Below the pieces are notes generated by a model. It made no database searches, was not told the DNA's origin, and was given only the letters and a program-made list of their open reading frames with translations. A DNA stretch of 64,000 nt, taken from Bryobacterales bacterium. Lineage in GTDB: Bacteria > Acidobacteriota > Terriglobia > Bryobacterales > Bryobacteraceae. Position 1 is the first letter of the stretch; each line of letters opens with the position of its first letter. The DNA is taken from contig CAWAPW010000006.1 of NCBI GenBank assembly GCA_963784025.1, positions 269,213-333,212 of the forward strand, read 5' to 3'. Both the position numbers and the translations under genes were made by a program. Shown piece after piece: positions 47,963 through 56,055 of this stretch.

Positions 47963-49797
47963 TTGAGCATTTCGCGAATCTTGGTTGCCAGCTCTTCGGT
48001 GGAGAATGGCTTCTGCAGAAAATGAGTGTCGCTCTGGGCCGATGCGTCGCCATAGCCGGAGACGTACAGCACCTTCAGGTCCGGGCGCCGCGCCAGCAGA
48101 CATTCCGCCATCTTGCGTCCGCTCATGCCCGGCATCATGATGTCGGTGATCAAAAGATCGATTGCGCCGCGATGTTTTTCGGCGGCTGCCAGAGCATCCT
48201 TGGAAGAAGCCGACGCCAGCACCTGATAGCCGTGACGCTTCAACATGGTTTCCACTACGCGCCGCACGGGATCTTCGTCTTCCACCAGCAGAATGGTTTC
48301 CGTGCCGCGGGGCGCGCGCTTTTCGTCCGGCAATTCCAGATCCTCGGGCGTCTGTGCGGCCACCGGCAACTCGATGTGGAAGGAGGTTCCCTTGCCGGGC
48401 GTGGATTCGGCGCGCAAGTCGCCGCCGTTTTCCTTGATGATTCCGTAGCTGGTGGCAAGGCCGAGCCCGGTGCCGTGCTCCTTGGTGGTGAAGAACGGCT
48501 CGAAGACGCGCGAAAGCACCTGCGAGTTCATGCCGATCCCGGTGTCGCTGATGGAGATGGTCACCGAATCCTTCGACGGCGGTCCGGAATTCCTGGTTTC
48601 GATCAGCAGTTTACCGCCGGCTTGCATTGCGTCGCGGGCATTCACCACCATGTTCAAGATCACCTGTTCGATCTGGCCAGGGTCGGCGCGTACGGTCTTC
48701 AGTTCCGGGGCCAGACGCACAGTCAACTCGATCTCTTCGCCCAACACGCGGCGCAGCATGCGATCCATCTCCTGCACCAGCACATTGAGATTGACCAACG
48801 ATGCGCGGACTCCCTGGCGGCGGCTGAAGGCCAGCAACTGGCGCGTAAGATCGGTGGCACGCTCGGACGCCTTCACCACCTGCTCCAGATCCTGGCGCGC
48901 GGGATCGCCGGCATGCATGGCGTCCAGCAGCATGTGCGAATAGCCGGTGATCACCATGAGCAGATTGTTGAAATCGTGCGCCACGCCGCCGGCCAGACGG
49001 CCCACCGCTTCCAGCCGCTGCGAATGATGCAGCTGCTCTTCCAGATGCTTGCGCTCGGTGATATCGCGCGCATTGACCACCATTCCATTGACGCCGGCGA
49101 CGTGCGACAGATCGCGCGAGAACGATTCCAGGATGCGCCACGATCCGTCCGAATGACGGACGCGGCACTCTAACGGCCGTCCGTGGTTACCGTTCACCAA
49201 CGCAGTCTGAACCCGAGCTTTGTCATCCGGATGCACGAACGCCAAAGCATTCCTGCCCACCAACTCATCCAGAGGATAGCCGAGCATCCGCTCGTGGGAC
49301 GGACTGACATAGCGCACCGTGCCGTCCAGGTTGAGGATGCTGATCAGGTCCATGGAATTCTCGATGAGCGACCGATAGTGTTCCTCGCGCCGCTCCAGCG
49401 CTTCAACGGCGCGGCCACGCTCGGAGGCGTAGCGTATGGAACGGACCAGAAGGTCGCCGTCCAGGCGACCCTTCACCAGATAGTCCTGAGCGCCGGCGCG
49501 CACGGCCCGCACTGCGAGCGCTTCATCATCGTGACCGGTCAGCACCACGATCGGGATCTTGGGCGCTTCCGTGTGAGCTCGGATCAGGGTATCCAGCCCG
49601 TCGGCATCGGGAAGCGACAGATCCAGGAGCATGACATCGAACGGCTCGCGGCTCAGCCGGTCCAGCGCGGCGGACAGCCGATCCACCAGCACCAGTTTCC
49701 ATTGGCCGGCCCCGGTATCGCGAACCAATTCGGTGAAGAGGCGGGCGTCGCCGGGATTATCCTCTACAAGCAAGACACGGATGCCGTCCAGGTTCAT
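47959..49797 (-). CDS. Hybrid sensor histidine kinase (REC-PAS-HisKA-HATPase-REC)
   Basis: 612-aa intact ORF. N-terminal REC (VLLVEDNPGDARL...LLDLSLPDADG), PAS, AGGVAHDFNNLLMVITG, DTGIGM...GTGLGLA, and C-terminal REC (ILLVEDEDPVRR...LITDIMMPGMSG). Confidence 0.85.
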   Translation of the reverse strand: MNLDGIRVLLVEDNPGDARLFTELVRDTGAGQWKLVLVDRLSAALDRLSREPFDVMLLDLSLPDADGLDTLIRAHTEAPKIPIVVLTGHDDEALAVRAVRAGAQDYLVKGRLDGDLLVRSIRYASERGRAVEALERREEHYRSLIENSMDLISILNLDGTVRYVSPSHERMLGYPLDELVGRNALAFVHPDDKARVQTALVNGNHGRPLECRVRHSDGSWRILESFSRDLSHVAGVNGMVVNARDITERKHLEEQLHHSQRLEAVGRLAGGVAHDFNNLLMVITGYSHMLLDAMHAGDPARQDLEQVVKASERATDLTRQLLAFSRRQGVRASLVNLNVLVQEMDRMLRRVLGEEIELTVRLAPELKTVRADPGQIEQVILNMVVNARDAMQAGGKLLIETRNSGPPSKDSVTISISDTGIGMNSQVLSRVFEPFFTTKEHGTGLGLATSYGIIKENGGDLRAESTPGKGTSFHIELPVAAQTPEDLELPDEKRAPRGTETILLVEDEDPVRRVVETMLKRHGYQVLASASSKDALAAAEKHRGAIDLLITDIMMPGMSGRKMAECLLARRPDLKVLYVSGYGDASAQSDTHFLQKPFSTEELATKIREMLK

Positions 49798-49905
49798 TGC
49801 GTTGCGACGCGATGGCGGAAGGCGCGCGCTCGGCCCCTCCGATCCACACCGAATTTTACAACATGCGCGCGGTGAATTGCGGGATAAAGATTTGGAAACA
49901 AGATC

Positions 49906-50066
49906 GCTAGCGCTGCCGTTTGGCGATCAACTCGCGGATGAAGGGCCCGCCTCAACACCAACTTCGTCTTCCGCCACCGCCTGATCTTCACTCTGCTCGT
50001 TGTAGAACGCGAGCAACTTATTGACTCGCTCTTCGTTCCAGCCTTCGGGAAACTTATTTTGGCTCA
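49906..50066 (-). pseudogene. Small acidic antitoxin-like ORF, one frameshift as sequenced (weak call)
   Basis: MSQNKFPEGWNEERVNKLLAFYNEQSEDQAVAEDEVGVEAG, then a shift (~49945) to FIRELIAKRQR*. The upstream 50070-50190 holds broken small ORFs. Family not identified. Confidence 0.3.
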
Positions 50067-50303
50067 TTGCGGTATGCCAGGTACAGTAACGCTGTTGCTG
50101 GGTCGATGTAGAACCAAAACCTCAGAAGCATCGTCCTTGAACTGCTTCATTGTAGCCCTTCTCCATGAATAAAAGCTCCCGATCGTCTCTGGCTACAGGC
50201 CGTACAAGCACGCGCAGTGGATCACGGATCAATCTTGTCCGCCCGGATTCGTCTGGCGTGTTCATGTGCGTCAGTGACGTATAATGGAGGTGTGAGGCCG
50301 CCG

Positions 50304-50639
50304 ATGACGTTGTGGGAAACCAAGACCTTCATCCGGCAGTCTGAAGAGTTGTTATCACCCGAAGAGGACAGCGCACTCAAGTTTTTGCTCGGCATGGACC
50401 CAGAATCGGGAGATCTAATCCCAAATACCGGTGGCGCGCGAAAGCTTCGCTGGGCCATCGGGGGACAGGGAAAGCGCGGCGTCGTCGGAGTTGTTTATTA
50501 CTTCAGCGGAAACGACATGCCTCTCATTTTCTTCGCGGTTTACAAGAAGGGGCGCAAGGACGATTTGACCGAAAAGGAAAAGGCCGAGTTGAAGAGCGTC
50601 ATCAAAGCGATTCGAGGGCAATACCGAAAAGAGCATTAG
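50304..50639 (+). CDS. HigB-2-like toxin (RelE superfamily)
   Basis: MTLWETKTFIRQSEELLSPEE...GDLIPNTGGARKLRWAIGGQGKRGVVGVVYYF...PLIFFAVYKKGRKDDLTEKEKAELKSVI follows the Vibrio HigB-2-type pattern. GGAGG lies upstream. Confidence 0.7.
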   Translation: MTLWETKTFIRQSEELLSPEEDSALKFLLGMDPESGDLIPNTGGARKLRWAIGGQGKRGVVGVVYYFSGNDMPLIFFAVYKKGRKDDLTEKEKAELKSVIKAIRGQYRKEH

Positions 50640-50641
50640 AC

Positions 50642-50950
50642 ATGGCAAAGCAAAAACGCTCGACAGTTGGAGAAGAGATTCTGCAGGGAGCCAGGGAGGC
50701 CTTGGCCGCAATCAAAGGCGATACAACTGCGGTGCGAGTAACTATCATTCCTCGCATCGACGTTGGGGAAATCCGCCGCCGCTTGAAGATGACCCAGGCC
50801 GAGTTCTCCCGGGCTTTCGGCTTGTCTCTTGATTCGGTAAAAAACTGGGAGCAAGGACATCGCGTCCCGGAAGGTCCGGCGAAGGTGCTGCTGGCGGTCA
50901 TCGCGAAGGATCCTCAGGCCGTGCAGAAAGCGCTCGCGGCATACCGGTGA
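50642..50950 (+). CDS. HigA-2-like XRE-family HTH antitoxin
   Basis: 102-aa ORF starting 3 nt after the toxin stop. [41 protein letters not shown]. Confidence 0.7.
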   Translation: MAKQKRSTVGEEILQGAREALAAIKGDTTAVRVTIIPRIDVGEIRRRLKMTQAEFSRAFGLSLDSVKNWEQGHRVPEGPAKVLLAVIAKDPQAVQKALAAYR

Positions 50951-50972
50951 GCGCACGTCCCCGAAACGGCAT

Positions 50973-51002
50973 TTGCGAACCGCATGCAACCTGCTGTATC
51001 AT
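50973..51002 (+). promoter_or_regulatory. Candidate sigma-70-like promoter for rplU-rpmA-obg
   Basis: TTGCGA (50973-50978), an 18-nt spacer, then TATCAT (50997-51002), about 80 nt upstream of rplU. Pattern match only. Confidence 0.25.
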
Positions 51003-51083
51003 AAAACTTTGCGGCTCCAGGTGCGTTCCTCCTGGATAAGTCTGCCTGACGATCCACATTCTGAAAGCTTACGAAGGATAGTT

Positions 51084-51395
51084 ATGTACGCAGTAATTGA
51101 AACCGGCGGGAAACAGTATCGCGTGGCCCCGGGCGATCTGGTGAAAGTGGAAACGCTTCCGGGCGACGTTGGCTCGGAGGTCGAGTTCGGCCGCGTGCTG
51201 GCGGTAGTGAACGATTCGAACGAAGTAACGGCCGGCGCGGCGCTGGCGGGGGCTCGCGTGACGGGCACCATCTCCGAACACGGGCGCGGCGACAAAGTGA
51301 TCGTGTTCAAGTTCAAGCGCAAGAAGCAGTACAAGCGCACCATCGGCCACCGGCAAAACTACACGCAGGTGAAGGTGAGCGAGATTCTGGCATAG
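51084..51395 (+). CDS. rplU: 50S ribosomal protein L21
   Basis: [23 protein letters not shown]...[24 protein letters not shown]. Confidence 0.92.
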   Translation: MYAVIETGGKQYRVAPGDLVKVETLPGDVGSEVEFGRVLAVVNDSNEVTAGAALAGARVTGTISEHGRGDKVIVFKFKRKKQYKRTIGHRQNYTQVKVSEILA

Positions 51396-51413
51396 GCCGC
51401 GAGATAGATTCAT

Positions 51414-51674
51414 ATGGCGCATAAAAAAGGTTTAGGCAGTTCCAAAAACGGGCGCGATTCCAACGCCCAACGTCTGGGCGTGAAGCGCTTCGGCGGAGAA
51501 ACGGTGACGGGCGGATCCATTCTGGTGCGGCAGCGTGGCACCACCTTCAAGCCGGGCGAGAATGTCGGCCGCGGCAAGGACGATACTCTGTTCGCCAAAG
51601 TGCCCGGCATTGTCGTGTTTCGCGATCGCGGCCGGTTCGGCAAGTTCATCAGCATCGAAACGGCGAGCGAGTAG
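51414..51674 (+). CDS. rpmA: 50S ribosomal protein L27
   Basis: [29 protein letters not shown]...[24 protein letters not shown]. Confidence 0.92.
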   Translation: MAHKKGLGSSKNGRDSNAQRLGVKRFGGETVTGGSILVRQRGTTFKPGENVGRGKDDTLFAKVPGIVVFRDRGRFGKFISIETASE

Positions 51675-51704
51675 CAACCTCCGGGCCGAATCGGCCCGAC
51701 CCCC

Positions 51705-52724
51705 ATGTTTATTGATGAAGTACGAATCCGCGTGAAGGCGGGCGACGGCGGCAACGGTTGCCTTGCGTTCCGGCGGGAGAAGTTCGTCCCGCGCGGCGGA
51801 CCCAGCGGCGGCGACGGCGGGCGCGGCGGCGACGTGGTTTTTGTGGCCAGCGAGCACCACAACACGCTGCTGCATTTCCGTTTTAATCCGGAGCACACCG
51901 CCGAGCGCGGAAGGCACGGCGAAGGCAGCCAGCGCACCGGCCGCGAAGGCGCCTCCATCGATGTTCCGGTGCCGGTAGGGACCATCGTCTACGATGACGA
52001 GACCGGCGAACTGCTGCACGATTTCACGCAACCCGGCGAGCGATTCGTAGTGGCGCGCGGCGGCAAGGGCGGGCGCGGCAATCAGCACTTCGCAACCCCG
52101 ACGCACCAAGCGCCCACCGAGCACGAGCCAGGCCGGCCTGGCGATGAAAAAAAGCTGCGGCTGGAGCTGAAGCTGCTGGCCGACGTGGGCCTGGTGGGAT
52201 TCCCGAACGCGGGCAAATCGACGCTCATCTCGCGCATTTCGGCCGCGCGGCCCAAGATTGCCGACTATCCGTTCACTACCCTGGAGCCGAACCTGGGCGT
52301 GGTCAGCGCCGGCGATGAAACCTTCGTCGTGGCCGACATCCCCGGCTTGATTGAAGGCGCGCACCTGGGGCACGGCCTGGGCGTCCAGTTTCTGAAGCAT
52401 ATCGAACGCACGCGTCTGCTGGTGCATCTGGTGGATGTCTCCGACGCCACGGGCCGCGATCCAGTGGAGGACTTCCGCATCGTGATGGAAGAGCTGGAAG
52501 GCTTCAGCCCGGACCTGGTCCGAAAGCCGATGTTCGTGGTGGCGTCTAAGGTGGACGTGGCGCAGGATACCGGCCGGATCGCAGCCCTGGAAGCCTTAGC
52601 CATCCAGAAGCATCTGCCTTTTTATCAGATATCTAGCGTGACGGGTCAAGGCATTGAGGACCTTAAGTACAATATGGCTCAATTTCTTTCCAAAGCTGTC
52701 GAAGAGGAACTTAAGCACAGTTAG
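51705..52724 (+). CDS. obg: GTPase Obg/CgtA
   Basis: [42 protein letters not shown] (Obg fold). G1 motif [22 protein letters not shown]. Confidence 0.92.
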   Translation: MFIDEVRIRVKAGDGGNGCLAFRREKFVPRGGPSGGDGGRGGDVVFVASEHHNTLLHFRFNPEHTAERGRHGEGSQRTGREGASIDVPVPVGTIVYDDETGELLHDFTQPGERFVVARGGKGGRGNQHFATPTHQAPTEHEPGRPGDEKKLRLELKLLADVGLVGFPNAGKSTLISRISAARPKIADYPFTTLEPNLGVVSAGDETFVVADIPGLIEGAHLGHGLGVQFLKHIERTRLLVHLVDVSDATGRDPVEDFRIVMEELEGFSPDLVRKPMFVVASKVDVAQDTGRIAALEALAIQKHLPFYQISSVTGQGIEDLKYNMAQFLSKAVEEELKHS

Positions 52725-52775
52725 CAGTTAAGCAATACAGATGGAAGCAGCCGTTTGGCGCTTCCGGAGGTTCCT

Positions 52776-53012
52776 ATGACAATTGGAATGACATCTTCCC
52801 TGCAGGGCATCCAAACAGCAGAAAATCAATTCAACCAGGCAGCGCAAAAGATCGCCGAGTGGCCGTCATCGTCGGCGGGCCCGGAGGGCGACATGGTGGA
52901 CCTGAGCGCGCAAGCGATCGCAATGATCCAGGCGCAGAACAGCTTTGAAGCCAATACCGCGGCCCTGAAGGTCGGCGATGAAATGACGCAAACTTTGTTG
53001 AAGTCGTTGTAA
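52776..53012 (+). CDS. 78-aa protein resembling only the N- and C-terminal helices of flagellar rod proteins
   Basis: GGAGG SD lies 5 nt upstream of the ATG at 52776. The C-terminus DMVDLSAQAIAMIQAQNSFEANTAALKVGDEMTQTLLKSL resembles the FlgC/FlgG C-terminal motif (EMVNMI.AQRAYEAN.KVI.TADEML..LL). Confidence 0.4.
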   Translation: MTIGMTSSLQGIQTAENQFNQAAQKIAEWPSSSAGPEGDMVDLSAQAIAMIQAQNSFEANTAALKVGDEMTQTLLKSL

Positions 53013-53030
53013 GCCGAAGCGGCACGCGAT

Positions 53031-54497
53031 CTACTTTACCAGCGCGCTCGAGTTCGTCGCGAAGTTCAGCAGCACCGACGGGAAGATTCCGAGCAACAGC
53101 GTCCCTACCGCCGCCACCCACAACGTAGCGCTGATTCCCGCGCTCACGGGTTGGATGGATAGCGTGGCTTCGCCGGGCTCGTTCATGTACATCACCACCA
53201 GAATGCGCAGATAGTAATAGGCAGCCACCGCGCTGTTCAGCAGGCCGAGAATCGCCAGCCACACCAGGTTCGCATCCAGCGCGGCTTTGAAGATGTAAAA
53301 CTTCCCGAAGAATCCGCCGGTGAGCGGCACGCCGATCAGCGACAGCAGAAAGATGGCGAACAGACCCGCCGTTACCGGCTGCTTCCAGCCAAGCCCGGCA
53401 AGATCCTCTATGTTCACGAACTTTTCGCCTTGGCGCGAGAAATGCGTAATGACGGCGAAGGCGCCGATGTTCATCAACGCATAAGCGGCCAGGTAGAACA
53501 TGGCGGCGGCAACGCCGATCTGATTGTGCGCCGCGATGGCCACCATCACGTAGCCCGCGTGCGCGATGGAGCTGTAGGCCATCACTCGCTTGACGTTGGT
53601 CTGCATCAGAGCCGCGAAGTTTCCGACGATCATGGTGAGCAGAGCCGACGACCACATGAAGGGTTCCCAACGGGTTGCGATGGGCCCGAAGGCGGTCATG
53701 AAGACGCGCAGGAAAACGGCGAAGGCGGCGGCCTTGGGCCCCGCGGACATGAACAGCGTCACCGGCGCCGGCGCGCCTTGATAAACGTCCGGCGCCCAGA
53801 TCTGGAATGGAGCGGCGGACACTTTGAAAGCGAATCCGACGAACATCAGCGCGGCGGCGGTGCCGGCCAGCACGACACTGCGGTGGGCTCCGCCAGAGAG
53901 CAGCACAGTCCGAATCACAGTTAGATTGGTGCTGCCGGTGGTTCCGTAGATCCATGCGATGCCATAAAGCAGGAAGGCCGTGGCGAACGATCCCAGCAGG
54001 AAATATTTAAGCGCGGCTTCGTTGTTGCGTTTGTCGTCGCGCAGGTATCCGGCCAGGATGTAGGTGGCGATGGAAGAGATCTCCAGGCCGATAAAGATCA
54101 TGATGAGCTCGTTGGCCGTCGCCATGATGCATTGGCCCGTCACCGAGAAGAGCAGCAACGCGTAATATTCGGACGATTCGGCGTGCTCTTGCTTGAGATA
54201 TTGAACAGCCGACAGCAGGCTCAGGATGCCAACGCCGATCACCAGCACGCGGAAAAATGTCGCGAAGCCGTCCACGATAAGCATGTTGGAGAACGACAGC
54301 CCAGGATTTGCATTGGCGGCGACGGCGGCCACCAGGGCGGCGGCGAACGCTATAAAGGTGAGAGCCGAAAGATTGCGCTTTTTGTTGTCGCCCAGCCATC
54401 CCTCGATCAGCATGATCAAGGTGCCGGCGACAGTCATGATGATTTCGGGCAGGATGCGCAAATAATCCGCGCCCGTCGGCATGAAGTTAACGGGCAT
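53031..54497 (-). CDS. nuoN: NADH-quinone oxidoreductase subunit N
   Basis: 488-aa intact polytopic ORF at the 3' end of the nuo cluster, with an antiporter-like subunit pattern. Confidence 0.9.
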   Translation of the reverse strand: MPVNFMPTGADYLRILPEIIMTVAGTLIMLIEGWLGDNKKRNLSALTFIAFAAALVAAVAANANPGLSFSNMLIVDGFATFFRVLVIGVGILSLLSAVQYLKQEHAESSEYYALLLFSVTGQCIMATANELIMIFIGLEISSIATYILAGYLRDDKRNNEAALKYFLLGSFATAFLLYGIAWIYGTTGSTNLTVIRTVLLSGGAHRSVVLAGTAAALMFVGFAFKVSAAPFQIWAPDVYQGAPAPVTLFMSAGPKAAAFAVFLRVFMTAFGPIATRWEPFMWSSALLTMIVGNFAALMQTNVKRVMAYSSIAHAGYVMVAIAAHNQIGVAAAMFYLAAYALMNIGAFAVITHFSRQGEKFVNIEDLAGLGWKQPVTAGLFAIFLLSLIGVPLTGGFFGKFYIFKAALDANLVWLAILGLLNSAVAAYYYLRILVVMYMNEPGEATLSIQPVSAGISATLWVAAVGTLLLGIFPSVLLNFATNSSALVK

Positions 54498-56055
54498 TGT
54501 TCAACTCCGGGGCCAGCTCCCCTTGCGCCGCCAGTACGGGCCGGCCTGGTGGCGCTGCACGGACGTGAATTTCACGGCGCGCGTCAATGGGCCCCAGCAG
54601 CACGGCGTTGGACGCTGAAATCGGCGGAATGAAACTCTGCGGATAACTGCCCATCCAGACCATGAGAACGATGAGCGGAACGATGATCGCGTATTCGCGG
54701 AAGCTGAGATCGGGCATGTGATGCGTCAAGTCCTCGGACACCTTGCCGAAGAATACACGCTGGTAGAGCCACAGCATGTAGCAGGCGGCGAGGATTGCGC
54801 CCAGCGCGGCGAACACGGTCCAGTTGAAGTAGACCAGGGATGTTCCTTGCAGCACCAGATACTCGCCGATAAAATTGCTGAGCATGGGCAGGCCGATGCT
54901 GGCGAGCATGGTGACCATGAAGGCTGTCGCCAGCCAGGGAGCGGGCGTCGATACGCCTCCGTAAGATGCGATTTCGAGCGAATGCCGGCGGTCGTAGAGA
55001 AAGCCTACCAGGAGGAACAGCGCGCCGGTGGAGATGCCGTGCGCCAGCATCACGAACACTGCGCCGTCGAAGCCCTGCTGGGTAAAGCTGAAGATTCCAA
55101 GCACGACAAAACCCAGGTGGCTCACCGACGAGTATGCCACCAGCTTCTTCATGTTGGGCTGCACCATGGCCACCAGCGCGCCATAGACGATGCCGATAAT
55201 GGCCAGGATGACGATCCACCCGGCGCATTCCCGCGCGGCATTCGGAAACAACGGAACGCAGAAACGCAGCAGACCGTAGGTGCCCATCTTCAGCATCACG
55301 GAGGCCAGCATCACGGAGCCCGCGGTGGGAGCTTCCACGTGCGCGTCGGGCAGCCAGGTGTGCAGCGGAAAAATAGGGACCTTGATGGCGAAGGCGATGA
55401 AGAAGCCCAGGAACAGCCATAATTGCTCCGTGGAGCTGAGTGAGATGGCCCCGCTTTGCAGCCCGGCCAGGATCTTCGTATAGTCGAACGTTCCGGCCTG
55501 TTCGTAGAGGTAAATCATTGCCACCAGCATCAGCATCGATCCGGCCATGGTGTAGACAAAGAATTTGAGCGCGGAATAAATGCGGCGCTCGTGGCCCCAG
55601 ATCCCGATCAGAAAGTACATGGGAACGAGCGTAACTTCCCAGAAGACAATGAACAGGAAAAGGTCGAGCGCGCAAAAGACGCCAATCAATCCGAATTCCA
55701 GCAACAACAGGAATCCATAGAACTGTTTGATGTGCTTGTCGATGGAGTTCCACGACACCAGCACGCACAGCGGCGTGAGCAGCGTGGAGAGTATCACCAG
55801 CCACAGGCTGATGCCGTCCACGCCGGTGTGATAGTTAATCGCCGGCGTCTGGACCCAGGCGTGATTGGTCTCGAGCGCGAACTTGCCCGGCGCGGCGGAC
55901 CACACCCAGCCGATCAGACCCAGCGAAACCACGAAAATGGCGAGCGATGCGATCAGGCTGAACATGCGGATGGCGCCGTGGTGCTCCTTGGGCAGCGCCA
56001 TAATGATCAGGAAGGCCACTAGCGGAAGAAAAATAACGGCGTCGAGCAGCGTCAT
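54487..56055 (-). CDS. nuoM: NADH-quinone oxidoreductase subunit M
   Basis: 522-aa intact ORF. ...FPLHTWLPDAHVEAPTAGSVMLA... is typical of NuoM/ND4. Confidence 0.9.
   Translation of the reverse strand: MTLLDAVIFLPLVAFLIIMALPKEHHGAIRMFSLIASLAIFVVSLGLIGWVWSAAPGKFALETNHAWVQTPAINYHTGVDGISLWLVILSTLLTPLCVLVSWNSIDKHIKQFYGFLLLLEFGLIGVFCALDLFLFIVFWEVTLVPMYFLIGIWGHERRIYSALKFFVYTMAGSMLMLVAMIYLYEQAGTFDYTKILAGLQSGAISLSSTEQLWLFLGFFIAFAIKVPIFPLHTWLPDAHVEAPTAGSVMLASVMLKMGTYGLLRFCVPLFPNAARECAGWIVILAIIGIVYGALVAMVQPNMKKLVAYSSVSHLGFVVLGIFSFTQQGFDGAVFVMLAHGISTGALFLLVGFLYDRRHSLEIASYGGVSTPAPWLATAFMVTMLASIGLPMLSNFIGEYLVLQGTSLVYFNWTVFAALGAILAACYMLWLYQRVFFGKVSEDLTHHMPDLSFREYAIIVPLIVLMVWMGSYPQSFIPPISASNAVLLGPIDARREIHVRAAPPGRPVLAAQGELAPELNNAR

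Noticed and set aside
50070-50215. Broken small ORFs on the minus strand (RELLFMEKGYNEAVQGR..., ...VLVLHRPSNSVTVPG...) that faintly resemble a HicA-type toxin upstream of the acidic small ORF.
   Set aside because: The resemblance is limited to a few residues spread over three frames. The piece is too short for a full HicA, and the downstream ORF does not look like HicB. This is recorded only as a possible TA remnant.
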